Part shown: one piece after another, positions 19,075-28,256 of the stretch | How the letters are laid out: each line of letters starts with the position of its first letter | How positions within the stretch are numbered: the first letter of the stretch is position 1 | IMG/VR virus record: IMGVR_UViG_3300044695_007092 | Span: 11,321-75,320 of that record | Strand: one strand, 5' to 3' | DNA: 64,000 nucleotides | Source of the DNA: a virus | Made by a program: the position numbers and the translations under genes | Notes under the pieces: model-generated | Databases searched by the model: none | Told to the model about the DNA's origin: nothing | What the model saw: only the letters and a program-made list of their open reading frames with translations

Positions 19075-19887
19075 ATGACCTTAAAAAGAATAGCATTATT
19101 TACCATAATTCAGAACGAAGACTTCTTTCTAAACATATGGTTAGAGTATTACAAGAAGTATTTTCCAATAGAGGATATATACGTTCTTAATCATAACTCG
19201 ACAATAGAGTCCTGTTTGAAAATTCTGAAGAGCGCAAAGGAATCAGGAGTAAACGTAATACCAGTACATAGGGACTTCAGCTTTGATCATGCTTGGCTTA
19301 GGACTACTGTTGAAAACTTTCAAAGATTTCTTCTAAAAAGTTATGACTATGTCATGTTTGTTGAGATAGATGAAATAGTTGCTCCAGACCCATCTCGTTA
19401 CAAATTAGGAATACACCAGTACATATTAGACGCATTCAATGACAGTTCTGTTAATGTATTGAGGTGTGTCGGATTTAACGTAGAACACACTCCAGCTACT
19501 GAGCCTGATATGGATCTTAACTCTTTAGTATTATCTCAAAGATCAAAGTGGCGTAGGTCTTATATATACGATAAGCCACTAATATCTAATATTCCTCTTG
19601 AGTGGGTCAACGGTTTTCACTGGTTGACCACTATGAAGACACCACCAGTAAGACCAGATCTTATTCTTATTCATCTGCACAAGATGGATTACGGCCTATG
19701 CAAGAAAAAACATGCAGAGTCTGCAAAAAGAAAATGGAGCAAGTACGATATTGAAACCTTACAAGGCGAGCATAATCGAATCGATAGCGGGGCTGAATTT
19801 GAGCAATTCTTTTTTGGAGGTAACCGTCATCAAGAGGTTGATAACTATCTTGTAGACATACCTCCTCATTTTAAAGGAGTAGTGTAA
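19075..19887 (+). CDS. Glycosyltransferase (GT-A, GT2/GT92-like)
   Basis: FTIIQNEDFFLNIWLEYY, VEIDE DxD-like, YDKPLI, WVNGFH, LIHLH. Confidence 0.75.
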   Translation: MTLKRIALFTIIQNEDFFLNIWLEYYKKYFPIEDIYVLNHNSTIESCLKILKSAKESGVNVIPVHRDFSFDHAWLRTTVENFQRFLLKSYDYVMFVEIDEIVAPDPSRYKLGIHQYILDAFNDSSVNVLRCVGFNVEHTPATEPDMDLNSLVLSQRSKWRRSYIYDKPLISNIPLEWVNGFHWLTTMKTPPVRPDLILIHLHKMDYGLCKKKHAESAKRKWSKYDIETLQGEHNRIDSGAEFEQFFFGGNRHQEVDNYLVDIPPHFKGVV

Positions 19888-21155
19888 TGGCGTCGGCATT
19901 AGACAAGGTTTTAATTTCTAACAAATGCATTGCAGGTACTCCTTTTACTTACGCGTCTCTTGTCATGCCTACATGTAGGTTAGATGCAACTGTTAACTTT
20001 TTTAGAGAGTGGTCTGAAAGCTTTAAAGATAGTCTAAACACCATACACATTGTGTACGACGGCCCCTCCTCGTCTATACCTGATAAAATTATACAGGACA
20101 TAAAGTCATACAATATCAATACTTATATACACTCTTGGGACGCCTTATTCATAGGCGATAAAGTTGAAGATGATGTTGTACGTAAGATGCCTGCAACTTT
20201 AGAAAGTCTAGAGGCCTTAGGTATTAAATGCTTTAGCAGAAAAGACTCAGCAATAAGGAGCTATGGTTTTCTCGTAGCTGCTACTTATGCAAAATTAAAG
20301 TCACATAATCGTCTACTTCCTGAAGACCATATCATATACACACTTGATGATGACTGCATGCCGCTATGTGACATCTCCGAAAATAAAACAAGTTTCTTTA
20401 ATAAGCATGCAAACAACTTATTAAGTTTTGGATCCTGGTCTTCAACAGTTCCCGGAGTAAGGGTAAGAGGGCTCCCGTACTATACTAAGAACAGATATAA
20501 CTACAGTGTTAAAGATGTAGTAATGAGCATGGGTACTTGGAAGGGCATACCGGACTTTGACGCAGCTCAGAGACTATCTTTAGGAGAAGGATCTGACAAA
20601 GTCGAGCTTCCTCTGCTAATCGAATCAGTTATGGCTCACCCTGGAGTTTTATACCCTATATGCGGTATGAACCTAGCATTCAGGGCTAGCATGCTTCCTG
20701 CTGCTTTATTTGCTCCTATGGGTACGGCTTCTAATTACAAAAGATTTGATGATATATGGTTTGGTATATTTGCACAGGCTGTGTTATCGATATCTAAAAA
20801 TAACTGGTGTTACGGCCAGCCTCTCATATATCATGCTAGGTTAAGCGGAGCCATGGATTGCTTGGTTGCAGAAGCGCCTGGAATAAGGCTCAACGAATCT
20901 CTATGGATGTACGTTAGGGACTCTATAGATAATTATGCAAAATGTGGTAATAGCTTTAGCTCTAATTCTATTATCAAAGCAGCTGAGTACGTAGTAAAAG
21001 CCATGTCCCATTACAAAGACACGGCTAATACTGTTTTTGAAAAATACGATAAAGAGTGCACAGACTACATAACACTATGGTGCGAGTGCTTAAGTAACTG
21101 GCTCTCTCTCACTGATAGATATGTTTTTTGTGATAAAGGCGTCATTAGCGCATAG
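19887..21155 (+). CDS. GT75 reversibly glycosylated polypeptide / UDP-arabinopyranose mutase-like protein
   Basis: KDSAIRSYGF, YTLDDDC, VRGLPY, GTWKGIPDFDA, YPICGMNLAF, RFDDIW and GQPLIYH match plant RGP motifs in order. Confidence 0.85.
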   Translation: MASALDKVLISNKCIAGTPFTYASLVMPTCRLDATVNFFREWSESFKDSLNTIHIVYDGPSSSIPDKIIQDIKSYNINTYIHSWDALFIGDKVEDDVVRKMPATLESLEALGIKCFSRKDSAIRSYGFLVAATYAKLKSHNRLLPEDHIIYTLDDDCMPLCDISENKTSFFNKHANNLLSFGSWSSTVPGVRVRGLPYYTKNRYNYSVKDVVMSMGTWKGIPDFDAAQRLSLGEGSDKVELPLLIESVMAHPGVLYPICGMNLAFRASMLPAALFAPMGTASNYKRFDDIWFGIFAQAVLSISKNNWCYGQPLIYHARLSGAMDCLVAEAPGIRLNESLWMYVRDSIDNYAKCGNSFSSNSIIKAAEYVVKAMSHYKDTANTVFEKYDKECTDYITLWCECLSNWLSLTDRYVFCDKGVISA

Positions 21156-21293
21156 CTCTCCTCTTGCTATCCTAACGTTTTTAGGAGCAGTTATTCCTAC
21201 TTTAACTTGGCTGTTACTTATCCTAGTAATAACTATAGATATATCGTTATTTATCCTTATGGTTTCTCCTAGCCGTCTTGAAACTACTAGCAT
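21090..21293 (-). CDS. csrA: Carbon storage regulator CsrA/RsmA
   Basis: MLVVSRRLGETIRIN...QVKVGITAPKNVRIARGEL; AAGGAGG RBS. Confidence 0.92.
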   Translation of the reverse strand: MLVVSRRLGETIRINNDISIVITRISNSQVKVGITAPKNVRIARGELCANDAFITKNISISEREPVT

Positions 21294-21390
21294 AAATCCT
21301 CCTTAATTGGTAATAGGGTTCTATATATTTTGTATCGATGTCATATAAAATTTCAACTAGTTATTTAACATATTTTTGATTGGAGATTGA

Positions 21391-22113
21391 ATGCGTAAAA
21401 TGCCAGCTAAAGCAAGACATCCTAAGCTAGACGAGGCTTGGGAAAAATACCAAAATTTGATCAGATGGTGGGCAGCTAAGCTAAATAAGTGGTACAGTAG
21501 ACTAACTAGAACAAAAGTAAATGACACAGGTTCGATAATATCGTATCTGTTCTTAAAGCTAAATAATGCTCTCTGGCTATGGGATCCTAAAAGAGGAATT
21601 AAATTCAGCACATACTTTTCAGCTCATATCCACTTTCAGTTCAGAATTCATTATCTAAGATTTGAATCAGACAAAGAAAGTGCCAGCTTTGTAAATAGAT
21701 TCTCGCGTAATAAAACATCATTCAAGTGCAGAGTATACCACGAAACTTTACTACTTCGCTATTGGGGCGAGGGTAGAAAAGAGTCAGGCTTTATTTCTGC
21801 ATATCTTGATATAGAGCACAAAGATAGAAAAGACTATTACAACTGGGTACACGATCTTATAGAAGAACTGGGAGGTGTAGAGAAAGCATGGAAAATCTTT
21901 ACTATGACCATAAATAAAAGATCGGCAGATATACTTCATCGTAGGTTTGTACTAGGTGAAACCCTAGAACAAATAGGCAGGCATTACAAGGTTACAAGAG
22001 AAAGGATACGACAACTAGAATTCTTAGCAATGATGTCTTTAAAGGACAAATTTAAAAACAACAAAAAGCTAGAGGCTCTAGTAAAACGGTACGGTTTAGC
22101 TATCAAAGATTAA
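21391..22113 (+). CDS. Sigma70-family RNA polymerase sigma factor
   Basis: Region 2 WDPKRGIKFSTY and region 4 TLEQIGRHYKVTRERIRQLE. Confidence 0.88.
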   Translation: MRKMPAKARHPKLDEAWEKYQNLIRWWAAKLNKWYSRLTRTKVNDTGSIISYLFLKLNNALWLWDPKRGIKFSTYFSAHIHFQFRIHYLRFESDKESASFVNRFSRNKTSFKCRVYHETLLLRYWGEGRKESGFISAYLDIEHKDRKDYYNWVHDLIEELGGVEKAWKIFTMTINKRSADILHRRFVLGETLEQIGRHYKVTRERIRQLEFLAMMSLKDKFKNNKKLEALVKRYGLAIKD

Positions 22114-22167
22114 TCCTAGTAATTGATTGTAAATACTGATATCACATACTTTTAAATTGGAGATTCA

Positions 22168-23328
22168 ATGACTGACCTTCTTAATAATATTAAGTTTACA
22201 TCAAAGCCCATAGCAGTAATTAGCTCAGACTGGCACATGGCCTTAAATGCCTGGAAGAAACATCCAGGCATAAAAGGAGATGCAGAGTTTTCTCTTTCTC
22301 AGACCGTAGACATAGCTACTCATCTTGGAGTTCCTATCATAGGGGCTGGAGATCTATTTGATGTTAAGACTCCCGATTCGTATTCCGTCAGCGCCGTAGC
22401 TAGACAGATGGCTAGAATGCACGAAAAAGGGCTTCCTGTCTATTACGTTCAAGGTCAGCATGAGATGTCTGACCCGGCATGGATGAGCTTGTTTCCAGGC
22501 TGTCATAATGCTCATGACAAGAACTTTACGATAGGCAGTATAAGCTTTTTTGGGTACGACTACTTTTTACCAAAGTCTGTAGAGGATTCCTACAACCGGT
22601 TCAAGCCGGCTGATATATTAATAACGCATCAAGTATGGTCCGAGCTTCTTCCCAGGCACGGCCAAAGCTTTTGTTGCTCATACAGCTTGATATCACAGAA
22701 CAACACATATAAAGCGATAGTCAGTGGAGACTATCATTCCCACTTCAAAGACACCATCTACAACACAGGGTGCCTCTTTGTATCTCCTGGCAGTTCATGT
22801 CTGCAAGACATGAATGAATCCCCAAATAAAGCCATATGGGTTCTAACTGAAAGCATGGAGTTTATCTCTGTACCTATAAAGGCAAGAAGACTGACCAATG
22901 TAGTTATACAGTCTGATAACGACTTATTTGTATCTGTCAGTCTTGCCGATAGCCTTGTGGAGGACGCCTTTCCTAACGGAATAGGTAAGCCTATCGTAAG
23001 GGTTAAATACAATACAGAAATAAAGAACGTTTACGCTGCCATGAATAATGCATACAAAGATAAAGCCTACTTAGACTTTAAGCCTATCATGGAGGACGAC
23101 ATCACGGACGAGCCTATTGAGCACCACCCGATAAAACTCATAACAAGCTCAGCAGATGAGATATTTTGCGAGTCTTTAGAGGAATGCCTTCCTTCTAATC
23201 ATAGAGGACTGTCAGACATAGTAAGAATATGGAGGACATCTAATCTTGATGAGCTAAGGAAAGAAATATCAACAATAGCCGATGAAATAAAAAATATTGA
23301 TAAAACTGAACAACTGGGGGCCAAATGA
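22168..23328 (+). CDS. SbcD/Mre11-like metallophosphoesterase nuclease
   Basis: SDWH, GDLFD, GQHE, THQ, SGDYH, SPGS. Confidence 0.88.
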   Translation: MTDLLNNIKFTSKPIAVISSDWHMALNAWKKHPGIKGDAEFSLSQTVDIATHLGVPIIGAGDLFDVKTPDSYSVSAVARQMARMHEKGLPVYYVQGQHEMSDPAWMSLFPGCHNAHDKNFTIGSISFFGYDYFLPKSVEDSYNRFKPADILITHQVWSELLPRHGQSFCCSYSLISQNNTYKAIVSGDYHSHFKDTIYNTGCLFVSPGSSCLQDMNESPNKAIWVLTESMEFISVPIKARRLTNVVIQSDNDLFVSVSLADSLVEDAFPNGIGKPIVRVKYNTEIKNVYAAMNNAYKDKAYLDFKPIMEDDITDEPIEHHPIKLITSSADEIFCESLEECLPSNHRGLSDIVRIWRTSNLDELRKEISTIADEIKNIDKTEQLGAK

Positions 23329-25460
23329 AACTTGAAAGACTAAGGCTAAAAAACTTCTGTCAGCACAGAGAACTTGATTGGTCTTTTCCAAATGGAATTG
23401 TAGCCATACTTGGGCCTAATGGTTCTGGTAAATCAAATGCGGTCAAGGCGGCTTACGCTGCCTTGACTGGTGATTTCAAAAGGAATGAAGGTGTTATAAC
23501 CGACAACATAAGTAAGACTTGTCTTGAAAAAGACGAGAGCTATGTTGAATTAACGTTTTCAACTAGTGGAAACGTCGCCACTATTACTAGGCATTTAAGA
23601 CCAAACAAAAGATCTTTGGTAATAAACGGAGGAAAGCCTATAACCTCCGAAAAAGATATAGCAGTAGCTATAGAGGGTCTAATAGGAATAAACAATGACA
23701 TACTAAGCGACTATATCTTCGTAGATCAGTGGAAGATGTTCGAAGTGTTTACGGCTTCAAAATCTGAGAGGATGTCAGCGCTTCAATCTTTATACGGTCT
23801 TGGCAGGGCAGAGGTATGCTATGACGAGATATCAAAGATATCTGGAAAAATAAACATACAGATGCCGTCTGAGTCCATAGAAGATATACAAGCACACATT
23901 AGAGAGAAGAGCCTGTTGCTAAGTTCTCTTCAATTATCCATAGCGCCTATAAGCCATGAGTCAATGGACGACTCGCTTCTGCAGAACCGCCTAAAGGTTA
24001 TAAGGCAGGTTAAATCGGACATGACTCAGATAGTTTCTATAAAGTCTAACTTAGAAAAAGCTAGCCTAAGGGTAAAGGAACTGGAGGACGCAGTTCTGTT
24101 AGAGTCAGCGGCATCCATTCTTGATGGCTTTGCAAATATGGATGAGTTAAACTCTGCCTTAACAGAAATAGATAACAGCTTACGCATATGGCATGATATC
24201 GATAGGAAAAACGCCAGGAGATCAGAGATAGAAGCAGCCATAGCTTACTCTACTAAGAAGCTGGAGGATTTAGGTCCTGAACCAGCAAAGCCGATTATGT
24301 ATTACCCGTCTCACGGACCCGAGTTTAATTCTTACAACTCTTTAATAGGATCGCTTGAATCCAAAGTTTCTTGTCTATCTGAACTTAAAGGTAAGAATGA
24401 ATGCCCTATATGCAAGTCGTCTGGTGACGTCTTGGTAGAAGCCACAAAGCTACTTAACGATTCAATAGAAGAATTAGCCCCTATTGTTGCAGCCATGAAG
24501 AAGGCATACGAAGACAGTAGAAACTATGACTCTATACTAAGAGTCTACAGCGAAAAGCACGCAAGACTTAAAGTCAGCGTGGACCGTGATAGTGAAGACC
24601 TAGTTGAGTTATCTAAAATAGAAATAGCTGAGCCAGTAAAAAGCAAAAACCTATGCATTTCTGAGAACGTTAGACTTACCACTATAAGAGGAAAGTACTT
24701 GTCAGCTCTAGAAAAGTTGTCAGAGCTGACATCCAATATAGCCTTTTATAAAGGGCAGGTAGACACTATGTCTGAGCAGGTAGCTAAGCTGGAGGTTGCG
24801 TGCAAAGGCTTTGATGATATCCAAGAATGCGCTGCGCTAGAGGAAAAGATAGTAGGCGATATAGCCACAGCTACGGCTAACAAAGAAAAGTACATAAGGT
24901 CTGAGGAAGCTATAAAGGGCTGTATTGAAACAATAGATATGTTAGAGAAAAGAAGGAACAGAATATCTTTGGACCTGGACGAGGCAAGGGTTAATATCGG
25001 TATTAAGGATCACCTAGAGACTCTAAAGGATGTTCTTCATAGATCTAACCTTCCTAGGAAGGTTGCCGTCAACTATCTAAAGCAGACCGTTGCTAAGATG
25101 AATGGTTACCTTGAAGATTTTAACGCAGTGTTCAGAGTCTACTCTGATGACGAGCTAGTATTCTGGGCTAAGTTTAATGACGGTAGAGAGTTGCCGGCCT
25201 CAAGGTTATCTGGTGGTGAGAACGGTTTACTGTCCATGGCATTTAGATTGGCAGTACAGTTTGGTGTAGCTGCTAGTGTAAATCTTTTAGTTTTGGACGA
25301 ACCCACTGTCGGACTTGATGATGATAACGTAGAATGTCTTGAGACTGCATTTAATAGACTGCGAGCTATGGCTAAATCATCTGGCATGCAGGTGTTAATT
25401 GTCAGCCACGAAAAGGCTATTGAGAGAATGTGTGACCATACGCTATCACTATATAGGTGA
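23325..25460 (+). CDS. SbcC/Rad50-like SMC ATPase
   Basis: GPNGSGKS, coiled coil with CPIC hook, LSGGE, LDEPT, VSHE. Confidence 0.92.
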   Translation: MKLERLRLKNFCQHRELDWSFPNGIVAILGPNGSGKSNAVKAAYAALTGDFKRNEGVITDNISKTCLEKDESYVELTFSTSGNVATITRHLRPNKRSLVINGGKPITSEKDIAVAIEGLIGINNDILSDYIFVDQWKMFEVFTASKSERMSALQSLYGLGRAEVCYDEISKISGKINIQMPSESIEDIQAHIREKSLLLSSLQLSIAPISHESMDDSLLQNRLKVIRQVKSDMTQIVSIKSNLEKASLRVKELEDAVLLESAASILDGFANMDELNSALTEIDNSLRIWHDIDRKNARRSEIEAAIAYSTKKLEDLGPEPAKPIMYYPSHGPEFNSYNSLIGSLESKVSCLSELKGKNECPICKSSGDVLVEATKLLNDSIEELAPIVAAMKKAYEDSRNYDSILRVYSEKHARLKVSVDRDSEDLVELSKIEIAEPVKSKNLCISENVRLTTIRGKYLSALEKLSELTSNIAFYKGQVDTMSEQVAKLEVACKGFDDIQECAALEEKIVGDIATATANKEKYIRSEEAIKGCIETIDMLEKRRNRISLDLDEARVNIGIKDHLETLKDVLHRSNLPRKVAVNYLKQTVAKMNGYLEDFNAVFRVYSDDELVFWAKFNDGRELPASRLSGGENGLLSMAFRLAVQFGVAASVNLLVLDEPTVGLDDDNVECLETAFNRLRAMAKSSGMQVLIVSHEKAIERMCDHTLSLYR

Positions 25461-25463
25461 TTA

Positions 25464-26465
25464 ATGACAAAGCTGATTGATAGTTCCTACTTGAAGGTGA
25501 CTTCAAACGAGGAAGGTGGTATATGGATTATAGATGGCGACAAGATGCCCAAAAAGATGGATATCAAAGTCGACGAGTTTGTAGAAGATGTTGTGGGCTC
25601 TAACAAATATAAATTTGTTAGAGTCCTAGCATCACCTGTTAACTATAACCTAATAACAAAGCTTTACACTTTGAAAGAGAAAGGACACGTCGAGTCCTTA
25701 CAACTGGCCACCCCAGCTCTTATGCAGTCAAATCGGCCGGAGAGTTCTTTACTTCGAATGAGGCTGTGTACTTTACCTGCTTCTCTTGGAGGCTTTCATG
25801 AGGCTACTGATGACGACTTCACTATATACACTATGGCCCGACTAGCTCGAATTCTAAGGTCTATAGAAATAAAGATGCTAGATTGCGGCAACCACATACC
25901 ATTAAAGTTAGAGAGAGAATACAAGAAGGTATGTTCTGTGATGATTGATACTTTAAATACTCATCCAGTATGGCAGTACATTAGTTTTATAGACTCTATA
26001 GATCCTGTGATAGCCGGAGTTGTTCTAGCAAACATAGGCGACCCTAGGTGGTTTGTTAACCCAGACAAGCCAGACAGGCTATCAAGGATGTACTCTTGGA
26101 TGGGCCTGGCAGGTGAGCATAACTGCCCTGACAAGATGTACAGAAAAAATTCAACCATGCTTTGTTGGTACGGCGGTAATTACGGTGGATTTGTTGAGTA
26201 CAAGGACTTTCCAACAATAGTAAAAGATAAACTTAGCGACCCAGCCTGTTTTATATTAAAGCACGCTTATGACACTTGGGGCCCAGAACATGCGGTATGG
26301 CCTAGAGAGAAGATATCTAAGTATTTGATTAAGTTCATAAGACTAGCGTGGCTTGATTGCATATACCCCTACCCAAATCCTTGGATGGAGGGTCTGTTTG
26401 ACTACCGTACTTTCTTTAAATCAAGCAAAGACCTTAAAGAGTTTACTAATTTTATTGAAAAATAA
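25464..26465 (+). CDS. Degenerate IS110-transposase/Nop-domain-like protein
   Basis: HPVWQYISFIDSIDPVIAGVVLANIGDPRWF...LSRMYSWMGL matches the Transposase_20/Nop helix-hairpin segment; N-terminus has RuvC-like strand order without recognisable DEDD. Confidence 0.6.
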   Translation: MTKLIDSSYLKVTSNEEGGIWIIDGDKMPKKMDIKVDEFVEDVVGSNKYKFVRVLASPVNYNLITKLYTLKEKGHVESLQLATPALMQSNRPESSLLRMRLCTLPASLGGFHEATDDDFTIYTMARLARILRSIEIKMLDCGNHIPLKLEREYKKVCSVMIDTLNTHPVWQYISFIDSIDPVIAGVVLANIGDPRWFVNPDKPDRLSRMYSWMGLAGEHNCPDKMYRKNSTMLCWYGGNYGGFVEYKDFPTIVKDKLSDPACFILKHAYDTWGPEHAVWPREKISKYLIKFIRLAWLDCIYPYPNPWMEGLFDYRTFFKSSKDLKEFTNFIEK

Positions 26466-26581
26466 ATAGACGTAACCTGTTACGTGTACAGGCCTTTTCA
26501 TCTCTTTACTAATAAACTTTAATTTCGCAGATTGACTGTTTAAATCTATCGAAATAGAATGCCAAACGAGACGAATATTAA

Positions 26582-26657
26582 AATAAAAATCCCCGACTGA
26601 AGGCAATCAGTCAGGGATCATTTAACACCGCATTACGGGGCGGTGCAGTAAACACTG
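26582..26657 (-). ncRNA. Candidate ~75-nt small RNA
   Basis: Minus-strand TTGACT-N16-TAGACT promoter (26690-26663), CACCGC/GCGGTG hairpin, and a G-U-containing terminator followed by TTTTTATTT. Confidence 0.45.
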
Positions 26658-26726
26658 CATCTAGTCTATAAACACTTTTGCCTAAGTCAATAGATAGCCC
26701 TTCTTAAAAATTTGAAAGGACAATTC

Positions 26727-28256
26727 ATGGAAGTCAATTTTACAATAGGTAATTCCCTATTGCAGGTATCTTCTCCTACCGGAGAGCTTCCCCTTGATCT
26801 AAAGAAAAGACTAGAGAGTAGGCTGAGTTATTCTCACGTATCCTTTAATCACACCGGAGCTTTCAGACGACAACCTGCCTTCTCTTCAGAAGTAAGGACA
26901 GTATTTAAATATGATCAAAAGAACAACCTTGTATGCCCTAGAGGTTTTACAAAGAGATTAAAAGCGGAGTTAAGCTCTTCTGGCATAACTGTAAACGTTA
27001 TCGACCTAGATGGTGAGTATCATAGCAGCCCTGCATTTTGTATAGACTTTGAAAGGCTTAATCAAACTATAAGCCTTAGGGAAAAGCAGGACGATTGTCT
27101 TGCGTCTATTATGTCTAGCAGAGACGGCTTAATAGTAGCCCCTACAGGGTTCGGCAAGTCATTCATGTTCTCTGCAATATGCATGGCCTATCCTGACGCT
27201 AAGATCCATATAGTTACACGTCGTGTAGACGTTATGAAAAGGCTGTATGGTTCCTTATCAAAGCTTATACCAACTGTAGGAATGGTAGGAAGCGGAAGTA
27301 ACAGATGGGGCAGGGTAACTGTAATTACTGCAGACAGCATGCATAGGATAAGCCACTCAGGGGAGCAGTGCGCTGACATACTTCTATATGACGAAGCGCA
27401 TGAAGCAGTAGCCTCCTCTTACCAGTCTGAGCTAGGTAAGTACTTAAAGACAAGGAAGTTTGGATTCACGGCTTCTCCGGACGGAAGAATGGACGGAGCT
27501 CATTTCCTTTTAGAAGCTATATTCGGTCCAAGAATATTCGAGATGTCTTACGACGAGGCTGTAGCATCTAATCTTGTGGTTCCTATAAAGGTTGAATGGA
27601 TTAACGTTGATTGCGTAAATCCATGTGGCGACCTTAATGGCGTTCCAAAGGAGCGCTGGGGTATATGGCGCAATGAAGTTAGAAACCTCGCTATATCTGA
27701 AAAGGCAAAGGAATACAGCGCAGATGATCAGGTACTTATAATGGTCAAATCTGTAGAGCACGCTGTTTATCTTAAGCAGGTGTTACCTGACTTTAAGCTT
27801 TGCTATGACACTATGGATACTGATGACTATCAAAGGTATGTAAAAAAAGGACTTATAGACCCAGCCGATGAACCTCTTATGGTGCCAGCCCGCAGAGAGA
27901 ATATGCGTGTTAAGTTTGAAAGGGGAGAACTTAAAAAGGTAATTAGTACAGACGTGTGGAGCACTGGTGTGGACTTTGCACAGCTAGCAGTTCTTATAAG
28001 AGCAGATGCTCGCGCCAGTAAGATAGTCGACATACAGGCGCCAGGTAGAGTAGCCAGAAAGCACGACCCGTCCGGAAAGAGCAGCGGTCTGGTAATTGAC
28101 TGCATGGATAACTTTGATTTCTCCTTTATGAATAGAAGCAGAAGTAGACGGCTTTCATACAAGAAGATGGGATGGGAAGAAATTCAAAATAAGCTTAAGC
28201 CTCCTATGGAATCTATTGAAGGCATAGACGTTATGGAGGAGGCCTTCGATGAGTGA
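26727..28256 (+). CDS. Superfamily 2 (DEAH) helicase, UvsW/Rad25-like
   Basis: APTGFGKS, YDEAH, TASP, QAPGRVAR. Confidence 0.88.
   Translation: MEVNFTIGNSLLQVSSPTGELPLDLKKRLESRLSYSHVSFNHTGAFRRQPAFSSEVRTVFKYDQKNNLVCPRGFTKRLKAELSSSGITVNVIDLDGEYHSSPAFCIDFERLNQTISLREKQDDCLASIMSSRDGLIVAPTGFGKSFMFSAICMAYPDAKIHIVTRRVDVMKRLYGSLSKLIPTVGMVGSGSNRWGRVTVITADSMHRISHSGEQCADILLYDEAHEAVASSYQSELGKYLKTRKFGFTASPDGRMDGAHFLLEAIFGPRIFEMSYDEAVASNLVVPIKVEWINVDCVNPCGDLNGVPKERWGIWRNEVRNLAISEKAKEYSADDQVLIMVKSVEHAVYLKQVLPDFKLCYDTMDTDDYQRYVKKGLIDPADEPLMVPARRENMRVKFERGELKKVISTDVWSTGVDFAQLAVLIRADARASKIVDIQAPGRVARKHDPSGKSSGLVIDCMDNFDFSFMNRSRSRRLSYKKMGWEEIQNKLKPPMESIEGIDVMEEAFDE

Noticed and set aside
25464-26465. Active IS110 insertion sequence
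   Set aside because: Catalytic motifs not recognisable, gene is tightly coupled to sbcC, and no element ends are visible
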